Shown here piece after piece: positions 39,213 to 49,606 of a DNA stretch of 64,000 nucleotides. This DNA comes from Candidatus Babeliales bacterium. GTDB taxonomy: Bacteria > Babelota > Babeliae > Babelales > JANWKD01. How positions within the stretch are numbered: the first letter of the stretch is position 1; each line of letters begins with the position of its first letter. The stretch covers positions 960,001 to 1,024,000 of the forward strand of contig OY969622.1 in assembly GCA_963701665.1 (NCBI GenBank). The letters are read 5' to 3'. The translations under genes and the position numbers were made by a program. The notes under the pieces were generated by a model, which saw nothing but the letters and a program-made list of their open reading frames with translations, was not told where the DNA came from and did no database searches.

Positions 39213-39914
39213 ATGAATGCAAAAAAACTATTATGGCTACTTCCATTCCTCTGTTTTTTACTGACCTATGCCATTCTCCATAAAATTTTTACAAAACCAC
39301 CATTTCTAACACCATCTGTTGTTGGAAAACAACTTCCCGAAGCCTTGAGTATTCTCTCGCAGCATACGCTCAACACGCGATTATGTGCACTCACCGAAAA
39401 TAATGATGTCCCTGAAGGCACGGTTCTCAATCAACATCCACTCGCCCATAACTCCATTCGCCCGCATCAAACGGTTTTTCTCACCATTTCAAAACGACAA
39501 GAAAGAATGTTAGCGCCCGATCTTGCCCATCTTTCGCGCGAGGTTATTGCAACATTGTTTGAACAACATGGCATCAGTGCTAAGTGGTACGAACTTTCCA
39601 GTCCTCTACCACGCCATCATTGTATTGCGCAAATTCCCCATGCTCATGAATTGCTCGAAGAAGATAAAAGAATGATTGTATATGTTTCGTCAGGTGAACA
39701 AAAACCGGTCATATTGCCCTCGTTCAAAGGTTTGTGCGTTGACGAGGTTATGCAGTTTTTAGAAAGTCACGGCATCAAAACAACTATCTTTCATGCAAAA
39801 GCTATGGGTCAAAACCACATATGTTCATCATGCACGGTGCTTGAACAAAAACCATTGGCTGGTTCATTTATTGATTTACAAAAACCTCTGACGGTATATT
39901 TATATGTACAATGA
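39213..39914 (+). CDS. PASTA-domain membrane protein
   Basis: N-terminal TM anchor; repeats PSVVGK...PEGTVLNQHP and PSFKGL...VLEQKPLAG. Confidence 0.85.
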   Translation: MNAKKLLWLLPFLCFLLTYAILHKIFTKPPFLTPSVVGKQLPEALSILSQHTLNTRLCALTENNDVPEGTVLNQHPLAHNSIRPHQTVFLTISKRQERMLAPDLAHLSREVIATLFEQHGISAKWYELSSPLPRHHCIAQIPHAHELLEEDKRMIVYVSSGEQKPVILPSFKGLCVDEVMQFLESHGIKTTIFHAKAMGQNHICSSCTVLEQKPLAGSFIDLQKPLTVYLYVQ

Positions 39915-39969
39915 GTCATATGTCTCAAAAATTATCGCTTAAGAGCAATCAATTTCTATAGGGGAGTTC

Positions 39970-40866
39970 ATGAAAATAAGTATCAAAAATTATTTTGTTA
40001 TTCTGTTATTGTACTCGTCACTTTCATTCAGCATGGAACAACCTGAACGAGCGTTAACACGTGAACTTGCTCAATTAAGAAATGCATTAAATACTTTGGA
40101 ACAAAAACTTAAACTTACAAAACAAGGTCCTCAAGAAGAATTCTTAGATGCTGCTTCTTTAGAACGATTACCCGATGAAGTAATCCTACTGATTATTGAT
40201 GAAAGAATACCTCACCATTTTGAAAATGCTCAACAAATAATTAACACAATAAATAGTATGTTATCATTTGTTAATACGAGTAAAAGATTCAAGGAACAAT
40301 TTGAAAATTATGTAAAAACAAAACTTAGTAGAGCATTACAAGCAAGTAAGGAAATTTCTGTAAAACCTAAATATCCAGGCTTTGCGGAACATTTAGAAAG
40401 AAATCCAATTTTAAAAGAACAACAGAAAATAATAAATGAAGCGTTATTGCTAGCATTCCAAGCAAATAATCTACCTGCTTTAAGAATACTTCTTGAAAAT
40501 GGTGCCAATGTTGATACAGAATATATAGAGGGCTTACAAAACCTTACGTTACTTATGATAGCTCTTGCACAACAAAATATAGCCAAAGTAAACTTTTTAC
40601 TTTCCTTTGTTAATGAGAAAAATGGAAATGCGATTCTTAATCATCGAACGATCAACTCTGATGAAACCCCGCTTCAAATTGCGATAGAGAATAATTTCGT
40701 AGAAGGTATCGAAGCATTATTTAAAGCAGCTCTAAAAAATTATGTAAGAGAACTGGACCCTAACTTAACACCGAATCGAATACAACAGATTCACGGGCTT
40801 CTTTGGCCAAAATTAATGGAATTTTATAATAAATATAATGTTCGCGTAATGAGGTATTGGACCTAG
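39970..40866 (+). CDS. Secreted F-box-like / ankyrin-repeat protein
   Basis: LERLPDEVILLII; LLENGANVD; TPLQIAIE. Confidence 0.75.
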   Translation: MKISIKNYFVILLLYSSLSFSMEQPERALTRELAQLRNALNTLEQKLKLTKQGPQEEFLDAASLERLPDEVILLIIDERIPHHFENAQQIINTINSMLSFVNTSKRFKEQFENYVKTKLSRALQASKEISVKPKYPGFAEHLERNPILKEQQKIINEALLLAFQANNLPALRILLENGANVDTEYIEGLQNLTLLMIALAQQNIAKVNFLLSFVNEKNGNAILNHRTINSDETPLQIAIENNFVEGIEALFKAALKNYVRELDPNLTPNRIQQIHGLLWPKLMEFYNKYNVRVMRYWT

Positions 40867-41831
40867 AAAATTTCTTTAAAAAACGATTCTCTGGATTTAT
40901 TTCCAAAAACTACCTGATACAAACCTTGCAATAATGGTAACTTCAATTGTCTTCGCTCACACAATTGTTGAATGGCTTTGAGGGTCGTAACACTTTCTGG
41001 CACGGCGTGCATGGAAGCAAGTATCGCATCTAATTTTTCACCAGCACCTAAGCGATGCCCAACGGTTCTATTCCGGCTTCTACCGTACGCCGTTAATACA
41101 AGATCTCCAATACCCGCAAAAGAATCCACCGTTTCTTTCTTCCCGCCGAGTGCATCAACCGCATACTTTAATTCTTTGAAAGCGTACGTTAGCACTGCAG
41201 CTTGCGTTGATTCGCTGTAACGAGCGCCATCCAGCATGCCAATCAATAATGCTATGCAATTTTTTAAGGCACCACATATTTGTAAACCGAGCACATCATC
41301 ACAAGCAACAAGATGCAAACTATCGTTTTTTAACAGGTTTATAACTTCAGCTGTTATCTTCGCATCAGAACCTGCACAATTTACGACAATCTTTTGTTGT
41401 GCAACAATATCGTGCGCATAACTCGGGCCTGAGATAACGACTTTCTTTGTTTCACGAGAATAGACATCATCAATGATTCCAGAAGGAAATAATAACGAAT
41501 CTTCTTCTATGCCTTTACTCAGTATCACCCAAACATGTTCTTCATGGTTGCTGCTTTTTACCTGTTGCGCAACAGAACGCAAAAATTTTGTTGGAATTGC
41601 TTCAAAAATATATGAACTATTTTGTATTGCGAGCGCAATATCATGAAAGGGTGTAATTGATTCGGGGATTTTTACGCCTTTACATGCATAACTATTCTCT
41701 CGTTTTTCTTTGATGTGGCGATACACTTCCTGATCGTAACACCACCATTGTACCGTGTGCCCATTGCGCGCGAGTACTAAAGCGAGTGCCGTACCAAAAG
41801 CACCCTCGCCAAGAACCGTAACGATGCTCAT
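40863..41831 (-). CDS. gpsA: NAD(P)H-dependent glycerol-3-phosphate dehydrogenase
   Basis: GEGAFGTALA, SKGIE, SGPSYA, GALKN, GIGDLVLT, SRN. Confidence 0.95.
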   Translation of the reverse strand: MSIVTVLGEGAFGTALALVLARNGHTVQWWCYDQEVYRHIKEKRENSYACKGVKIPESITPFHDIALAIQNSSYIFEAIPTKFLRSVAQQVKSSNHEEHVWVILSKGIEEDSLLFPSGIIDDVYSRETKKVVISGPSYAHDIVAQQKIVVNCAGSDAKITAEVINLLKNDSLHLVACDDVLGLQICGALKNCIALLIGMLDGARYSESTQAAVLTYAFKELKYAVDALGGKKETVDSFAGIGDLVLTAYGRSRNRTVGHRLGAGEKLDAILASMHAVPESVTTLKAIQQLCERRQLKLPLLQGLYQVVFGNKSRESFFKEIF

Positions 41832-42526
41832 GAGCCCATATTCCTTTGAATGCGCTTAAATTCTGAAAGGGCTCCTGCTAAATCTTGTTCGGTTATTTCT
41901 GGCCACAAGCAATCAAGAAAACATAATTCACTATAGGCCGCTTGAAAGAGCAAAAAATTACTCAATCGTTTTGTGCCGCCCGTGCGAATAATAAGTTCCG
42001 GTTCAGGAATATTCCCCATCCATAAATATTTTTTGAATATTTCTTCGGTGAAATCTTCAAGGGCAAGAAGGCCATTTTTAATATGTGTAATCATCTTTTT
42101 AACAGCACCAAAAATTTCCTGCTGGCCACCATAACAGAATAGTAAATTGAGATTTAAGGCTGAGCAATCTCGCGTTTTTTCTTCAACCGTTGCAATAGTT
42201 GCACGAATTACTTCGGGAAATAACGTTTCATCCCCAATAAAACGGATATGCACTCCTTGCTCAATAAATTTTGCTAAATTTTCTGTCAGTACCGTTATCA
42301 AAAGGGAAAAAAGATGAGATACCTCTTGTTCTGACCGCTTAAAGTTTTCAATCGAGAATGTATACAGTGATACATATTTAATATTATTATCCAATGCAAA
42401 CTGTATAACTCTTTTTACGGATTCAGCACCTTGGTTATGGCCAAACCAGGGCGTAAGTCCTTGCTTTTTTGCCCAACGGCGATTGCCATCCATGATGCAG
42501 GCGAGATGTTGTATCATGCTACTCAT
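41828..42526 (-). CDS. uppS: Undecaprenyl diphosphate synthase
   Basis: IMDGNRRWA, FSIENFKR, RTGG..RLSNFLL.Q. Confidence 0.96.
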   Translation of the reverse strand: MSSMIQHLACIMDGNRRWAKKQGLTPWFGHNQGAESVKRVIQFALDNNIKYVSLYTFSIENFKRSEQEVSHLFSLLITVLTENLAKFIEQGVHIRFIGDETLFPEVIRATIATVEEKTRDCSALNLNLLFCYGGQQEIFGAVKKMITHIKNGLLALEDFTEEIFKKYLWMGNIPEPELIIRTGGTKRLSNFLLFQAAYSELCFLDCLWPEITEQDLAGALSEFKRIQRNMGS

Positions 42527-42542
42527 TTTCCTTTGAAGCTAA

Positions 42543-43211
42543 TTATGCAAAAAGATAATCACGAGTTTTTTCAAGCACAGAACGAGTGCAGTATTTTTTC
42601 ATCATAGAGAAGGTCTGACAATTGAGTGTATAAAAAAGAAGCATTGCACTCGCATGGAATAAACGCTCGACTGCTACAATGGGCAGCAAGGCATACCAAT
42701 AGGCGGGTACGGTAGGCAACCAATATAACCACAACACTGAACCAACAGCGTGGGCTATAAAGGTACTGCCAAATGCTTTTGAAAGCGCGGTTTCAGGAAC
42801 AAAATACAAGGCTACGGGAATCAGCCAATATAAAGTATATAAAGGTACCTGCATACCGATTGGGTGAGCAACAAACAGCATCATACAGATCACGGGCAGA
42901 TACAGCCGTATCATCTTTGATGAGGATGCCCAGTATGCTGATGCAAAGAGTGTAGGAATGTGGTATGCTAGAGGAGTAAACAGACCGACGCCTGTTATTG
43001 AAAACGTCACTAACCTTCTTACTAAGAATAAGATCAACCCAAGAAAACCAAGCGGATTTGCTCCCATGACGGGCCCTACAATGCTGATACCAGAAAAGTA
43101 GAACGAATAACCAAAGAAGTGATGTAATCGTATAAATCGAACTAATTCACACACTCCATACATGGCTATAGCCTGTGCAACGGCACTAAATCGTTTATTA
43201 ATCATAGTCAT
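42543..43211 (-). CDS. Integral membrane protein, possibly ECF S-component-like
   Basis: Multiple TM segments; GSTFIAHAVGS...PIVAVER. Confidence 0.55.
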   Translation of the reverse strand: MTMINKRFSAVAQAIAMYGVCELVRFIRLHHFFGYSFYFSGISIVGPVMGANPLGFLGLILFLVRRLVTFSITGVGLFTPLAYHIPTLFASAYWASSSKMIRLYLPVICMMLFVAHPIGMQVPLYTLYWLIPVALYFVPETALSKAFGSTFIAHAVGSVLWLYWLPTVPAYWYALLPIVAVERLFHASAMLLFYTLNCQTFSMMKKYCTRSVLEKTRDYLFA

Positions 43212-43295
43212 AACCTTTACACTAAGTAGTAAGGGGAATTTTTGTTCATCATACCACCATTACTGGTCTTGAACAATAGGAAAGAAAGGAATTTA

Positions 43296-43967
43296 ATGTA
43301 TTACAAAGCTATTATTTTCGATATGGATGGTACCATTATTGATACCTCTCATATCTGGCGCCAAGCAACAAAAGATTTAATCACGAAGCACGGGATTGAT
43401 TTCGATCATGAAGCTCATGAAGATCTTCACGCAAAACTTCATGGCCTTGGCATGAAAGAAAGTTGTTCAATTATTAAGAACCACTTTAACCTTAATGCCT
43501 CCATTGATGTTCTTATGCAAGAAAAATCTCAAATTGCTGCAGCGTTATACAAAAATAACATCACTTTTGTTGATGGATTTCAAGAATTTCATCAACGAGT
43601 AAAACAAGCACAGCTAAAAACCGGTATAGCAACCAACGCTGATGATGTTACCTTACATATCACCAAAACTACTTTGAATCTTGAACAATTCTTTGGTGAA
43701 CATATTTATAGTATTGCGCATGTAAACTATGTGTGTAAACCAGATCCAGCTGTTTATCTTCATGCTGCAGCAAAACTGGCAGTTGCACCGCAAGAATGTA
43801 TCGCTATTGAAGATTCTGCTCACGGTATTGAAGCGGCAAAAAAAGCGGGCATATTCTGCATAGGCATTAATACCGGAAAAAACAGGGCAAACATTGCCGG
43901 CAGTGATTTGATTATTGAGTCATATAATGAACTTGAACTAAGTAAGCTTCTGGTAAAATTATCATAA
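43296..43967 (+). CDS. HAD phosphatase (beta-phosphoglucomutase-like)
   Basis: FDMDGT, KPDP, IEDS..GIEAAKKAG. Confidence 0.9.
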   Translation: MYYKAIIFDMDGTIIDTSHIWRQATKDLITKHGIDFDHEAHEDLHAKLHGLGMKESCSIIKNHFNLNASIDVLMQEKSQIAAALYKNNITFVDGFQEFHQRVKQAQLKTGIATNADDVTLHITKTTLNLEQFFGEHIYSIAHVNYVCKPDPAVYLHAAAKLAVAPQECIAIEDSAHGIEAAKKAGIFCIGINTGKNRANIAGSDLIIESYNELELSKLLVKLS

Positions 43968-43969
43968 CG

Positions 43970-45052
43970 TTATTCGATTACTTCTGATATATCAACAATT
44001 TCCTGAAATCCTTGTTCGTTAGAATCTTTATCTTCTGCTAGTTGGGCAAGGTCATCATACAATTTATTTTTTTGGGATGTGATAACTTGTATTATGTCCT
44101 CTACTTTTTTCTGGTCATCACTGGAATATGTATGTTGTTTATAGAATTCTCGGCCAGGTTCGCCTCGCCATTCTTTAACTATATAAGGCAAACACAAACA
44201 ACCCATTCCTCCACATACAAAGGTGCTAATTCCACCGATAATAGCTATCGCTACTCCAAGATTTTCATCAACCAGACATGCCACTGCGGTACCGACACCT
44301 ATACTGCAGCACCCACATAGACAACAAAGACAGCCTGGAACACGGGCACAAGAACAATTTTCTTCAGCCTCATAGCTTTCAAGACGCTTTTTAAAATATT
44401 CCAATATTCCTATTCGTATAGCATAAAAATCAGAACGAGTAATCGCTACTTTGGAACCAGCGCTTAATTCGTTCCATTTTGTTGGCGTTCTTTTGGAGAA
44501 TTTTTTTAATTTTTTTTCTATTAAAACACGATCAAGAAGATCCGTATTTGCCGTATAATCATTGCGCCTCAAAAATGGAATGCCACTGGGACCTACCATT
44601 AGTTGATTTAAGGAGCGTACATCTTTAGAAAAGGAATATAATTTATTTGATTCTGACCCATATTGAGTATGTTCAAAAAAATGTATCATTTGATAACCAA
44701 ACTTTTCTGATGTAGGATCATCACGATGTTCACAAAGATGCTTTACAAATGCTGTTTCTACTTTTGCAAAAACTTTATCACTTGGATAAAAGCTATTAAG
44801 TCTTATTAAATAGTTAAGTCCTCTATTATTTCCAGGCAAAAAATCAAAAATCATTTCCTTTACTTCATTAGGCATTTCTGCAAGCGTTATGGTATCGATT
44901 GATACATCACTATAGCCTAGGTAATTTTTCAGCTTTGCTAGCAAACCGGTTTGTTCTGTCGGTTCCTCTTGTTCCTCCATTGAATATATATAAGCTGTGC
45001 TAGCCAACACGATGCTAAGCATCATTCCTGTTATTATATTTTTAAAGATCAT
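43970..45052 (-). CDS. Secreted protein: F-box-like motif, Cys cluster, hydrophobic hairpin (paralog 1)
   Basis: LAEMPNEVKEMIFDFL; CLCCLCGCC; two TM helices. Confidence 0.75.
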   Translation of the reverse strand: MIFKNIITGMMLSIVLASTAYIYSMEEQEEPTEQTGLLAKLKNYLGYSDVSIDTITLAEMPNEVKEMIFDFLPGNNRGLNYLIRLNSFYPSDKVFAKVETAFVKHLCEHRDDPTSEKFGYQMIHFFEHTQYGSESNKLYSFSKDVRSLNQLMVGPSGIPFLRRNDYTANTDLLDRVLIEKKLKKFSKRTPTKWNELSAGSKVAITRSDFYAIRIGILEYFKKRLESYEAEENCSCARVPGCLCCLCGCCSIGVGTAVACLVDENLGVAIAIIGGISTFVCGGMGCLCLPYIVKEWRGEPGREFYKQHTYSSDDQKKVEDIIQVITSQKNKLYDDLAQLAEDKDSNEQGFQEIVDISEVIE

Positions 45053-45073
45053 GATTATTCTTTTTGAGAGTAG

Positions 45074-45130
45074 ATTATTGAATCGTATAACGAACTTGAA
45101 TTAACAAAGCTGCTGGTAAAGTTATCGTAA
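45074..45130 (+). pseudogene. Duplicated 3' tail of the HAD gene
   Basis: Encodes IIESYNELELTKLLVKLS* versus IIESYNELELSKLLVKLS* at 43911-43967. Confidence 0.85.
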
Positions 45131-45132
45131 CG

Positions 45133-45969
45133 CTATTCAATAACCTCAACTTCCCCTTCGATTTTAAGATAATTTAAATTCGTTTGAGCTTGGTTAATTG
45201 ACTGTACTATGGTGAGTATTTTTCCATCCACTTGTTTCTCAAAAATATTGCGACTCTTTCGATCGATCTCAGCGCATCGTTGTGCCATATCTTCACAAAA
45301 AAGACATGAAACTCCCCCGAGACCTATTTCCAGAAGACCCGTAGCTAACACCCATGCTCCTGTTAGCGGATCGAATAAAGCTAATAGGGGAACAGCTGCA
45401 ACTGTCTGGGAACATCCACACAGACAACAAGAACCTCCAATAGCAGTGTTCAACAAGCAGGTCGCCTCACTGTGATAACTCTCGATTCTTTTTTCAAAAT
45501 AATTGAGTATTTTCGCGCGAAGCGTATAAAAATGAGAACGCGTGAGTTCTTTCTGGGTGCCCGCGCTTAATTGCTGCCATTTTTTTGGCGTTGCGATACA
45601 AAATGTAGTTAACTGATTTTCTATTGCCCTCTCATCCAGATCATCAACGCTTACTACATAATCATGAAACCTCAAGCAAGGAATGTCAGGAGATGGTATT
45701 AATTCATGTAAGGAACCTACATCATCAAAAATACTATTTATGTCCTCTTTGGATAAATTTTTAAATTTTTCCGTTATGTGACAGGGCAATGTTTTTACTA
45801 ACTTATCATTGTCTGCACAAGAAAATTTTTCTCTTAATAGTTCGATATTTTCAAGATACACATCACTTTCAAGATGCTCATCATGCTCATCTTTTTCCAT
45901 CGAATATACATAAGATGCAATCAACATCATGCTAAGCATCGTTACTTTTGTTATAGCTTTGCATATCAT
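45133..45969 (-). CDS. Secreted protein, paralog 2
   Basis: Shares W..LSAG....TRS.FY..R..IL.YF.KR.ESY and the Cys cluster with 43970. Confidence 0.75.
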   Translation of the reverse strand: MICKAITKVTMLSMMLIASYVYSMEKDEHDEHLESDVYLENIELLREKFSCADNDKLVKTLPCHITEKFKNLSKEDINSIFDDVGSLHELIPSPDIPCLRFHDYVVSVDDLDERAIENQLTTFCIATPKKWQQLSAGTQKELTRSHFYTLRAKILNYFEKRIESYHSEATCLLNTAIGGSCCLCGCSQTVAAVPLLALFDPLTGAWVLATGLLEIGLGGVSCLFCEDMAQRCAEIDRKSRNIFEKQVDGKILTIVQSINQAQTNLNYLKIEGEVEVIE

Positions 45970-45993
45970 AATTATCCTTTTGAATTTGAAGAA

Positions 45994-46845
45994 TTACTCT
46001 CGAAGATCATTGTCGCCATTTTCCCGATAATGGTAATCGCCATCACTATTTTGATGTAGAAGACTACTTATTTTTGTTTGGCATTCTCCAAACTTTTTTA
46101 TTATCTCTTTGATCTTCTTTGAATCATGCTGTTCATCATCCGACTTATTACAATAGTCACAGTATTTACATTGTAAAAATAGATCTTCCTCTGCACAATT
46201 ACGTACGGCACAAGAATAACTTGCACCCATAGAGCCGAGAGCTAGCAATGTTATACCTAAACCCACCAATGTTGCTGGATGGGATGCGCTACATCCTGCC
46301 GTAGTTATCCCCAATCCACTTGTACCAAGACCAGTACATGGCAAACAAGCTGGATGTAGAATCGATTCAACCCGATAACTTCTAACGCGTTGTTTATACT
46401 CTTCCAATACTGCTCCCCTCACGGTATAAACATCATAATGAGATAGTATTCTTTGAGTATATGGCTTTAGAACATTCCGTAATGTTGAACTGTTGTCATA
46501 AAAAATATTTAATGCTCGTTCTATTTCTTCTTGGTTAAGATCATCGGTATTCGCTGTCATATTTCGCCATGCAAACCAAGGAAGATCAGGATGTGGTATC
46601 ACGGAATCTAATAATGAAACATCATTAAAAATAATGGCTCTGTCACTTTCTTGTATACAGTCTAATCTTAGCATTAAATCATCGGATAGCGGTAATATTT
46701 CGTCATCAGTATTTTTTCCACAACAAAAATATTCTTTTGGATATTTTAACAATCTAAGTGCTTCGGGTTGATTATCATCCATCGAATACAGATGAACATT
46801 AGCCAACAGCACAATAGTTAGGACTGCGATTATATTTTTGAACAT
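45994..46845 (-). CDS. Secreted protein, paralog 3
   Basis: Shares TANTD.L, Y..R..VLE.YK.R..SY and the hydrophobic hairpin; TAATG coupling to the upstream ORF. Confidence 0.75.
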   Translation of the reverse strand: MFKNIIAVLTIVLLANVHLYSMDDNQPEALRLLKYPKEYFCCGKNTDDEILPLSDDLMLRLDCIQESDRAIIFNDVSLLDSVIPHPDLPWFAWRNMTANTDDLNQEEIERALNIFYDNSSTLRNVLKPYTQRILSHYDVYTVRGAVLEEYKQRVRSYRVESILHPACLPCTGLGTSGLGITTAGCSASHPATLVGLGITLLALGSMGASYSCAVRNCAEEDLFLQCKYCDYCNKSDDEQHDSKKIKEIIKKFGECQTKISSLLHQNSDGDYHYRENGDNDLRE

Positions 46846-47165
46846 TATGATTGCCTTTTTGATTGGAACCAGTTTTTTATTCCTATACATACATAGGTAT
46901 ATCCTACATTCAGTGCTGCATCAATTGTTTCATCAACTCCCCGCGCCAATCTAAGAAGATTATATGAAGCGGTAAGGGCTGGTGTCAGCTCAGAGAAATA
47001 TTCATCCTCAGACGTATGATGTTCTGATAAAATATTTTCAATATCCGTTGCATGTTCTGATGTACAAATTTGTTCTGGAGATAGAATCTTTGCAACTTCC
47101 ATCGCGTGTGAGGAAAGTTGAAAAAACAAAAAAGTAGTATAAAAAAAAGAAGATTGTTTTTTCAT
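46845..47165 (-). CDS. Small secreted hypothetical protein
   Basis: Signal peptide ending SHA-M. Confidence 0.6.
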   Translation of the reverse strand: MKKQSSFFYTTFLFFQLSSHAMEVAKILSPEQICTSEHATDIENILSEHHTSEDEYFSELTPALTASYNLLRLARGVDETIDAALNVGYTYVCIGIKNWFQSKRQS

Positions 47166-47255
47166 AGGAGCGCGTTCCTGAAACTTTTTAAAAGCTTGTC
47201 TTTATGATGATTACTTAGGTACATTTTTTACCACAAGTTCCAAGAAAGGCAATCA

Positions 47256-48440
47256 ATGGTTATAAAAAAGGATAGTATATATTTTTTCTTTATCTGCATT
47301 TTTATCATTTCTCATACATCTTTACATGCTCATGAAAATACGGTACCTGAAAAGCAATGGACAGTGGTGGGAGCAGGCCCTGCTGGCATTATTGTAATAA
47401 GTATGTTGCTCGAATTGGGAATCAACGCACACGATATTGCATGGATCGATCCTGATTTTAGTGTTGGACGATTAGGTAAATATTATAAAACAGTGCCGGG
47501 CAACAGCGAAACGCGCGACTTCATTGAATTTCTTAATGGCTGCAGCATATTTCATTATTGCGATGAAGCGAGCGTTGCAGCGATCAACTCGTATGGCTGC
47601 GAAGATGAATATCCATTAAGTATTATTATTGAACCTTTGCAAACAATCACTAATTATATATGCACGCACGTAACGGCCCACCGCTCGACTATGACGGCAC
47701 TCGAATTCATTGAGAACGAGTGGCACGTTGGCACAGCAGAAAATTCTTTTACTTCGCATAATGTTATTTTAGCAACCGGCGCGTGTCCAAAAGCATTATC
47801 ATACGAGGGCCCTCAACCAATCTCACTTGATAGTGCACTCGACAAGGCTACGTTGGCAACACTCGTTTGCCCAGATGATACGATCGCTGTTGTTGGCGGT
47901 TCGCACTCAGCAATTTTACTGTTGAAATATTTATCAGAACTTCCTGTTAAACAGGTCATCAATTTTTATAAAAAACCGTTGTGCTACAGTTATGAAAAAG
48001 ATGGTATTTATTATAATGCAACTGATGGACTCAAAGGCACTGCCGCACGCTGGGCAAAAAATGTATTAGAAAAAAATCCTCCAGCTAATGTAAAGCGCGT
48101 TTTGAACACACCAGAAGGGCAGGCATTATGGTTGCCACATTGTACAAAAATTATCTATGCCATTGGGTATGAACGCTCAGCATTGCCTTCAATTAGCACA
48201 CTCCCTCATTGCTATGATAGTTATGATGCTCACACGGGCATCATTGGTCCACGACTTTTTGGCATTGGTATCGCATTTCCTGAACAATACACTGATCTAG
48301 CTGGATCTCAACAATTAGGAATAGGGCTCATTGATTTTATGCAATACGCTCAGTATATTGTACCTTCATGGCTTGATTATTCATCCGCACACGTGCAACG
48401 CAGAAATAATCGAACCATTTTTGCATTAATTCCATGGTAA
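47256..48440 (+). CDS. FAD/NAD(P)-binding oxidoreductase with signal-like N-terminus
   Basis: VVGAGPAG, ILATG, VVGGSHSA, AIGY. Confidence 0.8.
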   Translation: MVIKKDSIYFFFICIFIISHTSLHAHENTVPEKQWTVVGAGPAGIIVISMLLELGINAHDIAWIDPDFSVGRLGKYYKTVPGNSETRDFIEFLNGCSIFHYCDEASVAAINSYGCEDEYPLSIIIEPLQTITNYICTHVTAHRSTMTALEFIENEWHVGTAENSFTSHNVILATGACPKALSYEGPQPISLDSALDKATLATLVCPDDTIAVVGGSHSAILLLKYLSELPVKQVINFYKKPLCYSYEKDGIYYNATDGLKGTAARWAKNVLEKNPPANVKRVLNTPEGQALWLPHCTKIIYAIGYERSALPSISTLPHCYDSYDAHTGIIGPRLFGIGIAFPEQYTDLAGSQQLGIGLIDFMQYAQYIVPSWLDYSSAHVQRRNNRTIFALIPW

Positions 48441-48481
48441 TTCTATACTTTCAAAATATAGTAGGATGAACACAATTTTTA

Positions 48482-49378
48482 ATGAGAATTAATAAAAAAA
48501 TGAGCGTAGTAGTTACCCGATTTTCTTTTTTAATACCATTTCTTTTTATTCTTGCGATCTATAGTGAACAAGGAATCACCGATAGCCTTATCGAGGCACA
48601 ACTTGGCGGCCCCAATCCTATTTTTAGCATTGGTCATAACATTCAAAAAAAAGGCCATGGATTTGTCCGCTGTTTTGCCTACCGTATAAAAGAAAGTGAA
48701 AAGCAGTCTTCATTCGTCACGCATAACGGCCTTTACTATGGCATTACAGATACCTTAACCGTTAATATACGAATACCCGGCATAAGATACGCAAAGTCAC
48801 CTCCTTTAAAAACTTCAGGCGTTGGCAATGTACATTTGCAAGCGGAATGGGCATTTTACAACCATTATGAAAGCGGCAGTTTAACTCAAGCCACCGTACT
48901 TGCAACCGTACGCATTCCTAGTTCGGATATACAGGTGCAAACAATTGACACAGCACGCTCACCAAATTTTTTGGTCGGAGCTACCACGAGTCATTGGACT
49001 GATATATGGCATCTTTATACTGATGCTGCAGTTAACCTAATGACTACGCATAAACATTTTAAATTAGGAAATCAATTTTACTATAATTTAGGATTGGGCC
49101 GCATCGTTTATTCTAAACCATTAAGTCGTGGCGGCATTCTCTATGTTGAACTGATGATGGATATTAATGGCCTTTACACACGGCCTAATACCCTCTATCA
49201 CAAGCAAGATTTATCAACTGGTAGCATCGTTACCTATTTAGGACCTTGCTTTCGGTTTTCACTTCCTTATCTTGTTTTAGTAGGCGGTATGCAATATCCG
49301 ATCTCTCAGACCTACCGGGACCCTGCAACTATTCGTTCACATTATAAATTGGGACTTGGTGGAGCTTTTGTGTTTTAA
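48482..49378 (+). CDS. Putative outer-membrane beta-barrel protein
   Basis: Signal-like N-terminus, alternating strand pattern, SGVGN motif, C-terminal Phe. Confidence 0.6.
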   Translation: MRINKKMSVVVTRFSFLIPFLFILAIYSEQGITDSLIEAQLGGPNPIFSIGHNIQKKGHGFVRCFAYRIKESEKQSSFVTHNGLYYGITDTLTVNIRIPGIRYAKSPPLKTSGVGNVHLQAEWAFYNHYESGSLTQATVLATVRIPSSDIQVQTIDTARSPNFLVGATTSHWTDIWHLYTDAAVNLMTTHKHFKLGNQFYYNLGLGRIVYSKPLSRGGILYVELMMDINGLYTRPNTLYHKQDLSTGSIVTYLGPCFRFSLPYLVLVGGMQYPISQTYRDPATIRSHYKLGLGGAFVF

Positions 49379-49435
49379 AAAGGTAAATTTAATAAATTAA
49401 ATTTGGCAGCGCAAAGGTAGCATCGAAAACAGAAT

Positions 49436-49590
49436 TGTCATTGCGATCCTACTTCGCCCTACGAGCTTCGAAGGAGCTGGCAACCTGTTCTACGAAGTTT
49501 TAACGAAGTAGAATCCAGATAATAAAATTAGTTCCTTTAAGGAATTATTAAATTTTGGATTACCACGTCGCTTCGCTCCTCGTAATGACA
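49436..49590. repeat. REPIN-like element, subfamily A, with a nested second-family doublet (49447-49513)
   Basis: TGTCAT...ATGACA ends; linker ataaaattagttcctttaagga shared with 35853. Confidence 0.88.
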
Positions 49591-49606
49591 TACTGGCGCG
49601 CATATT

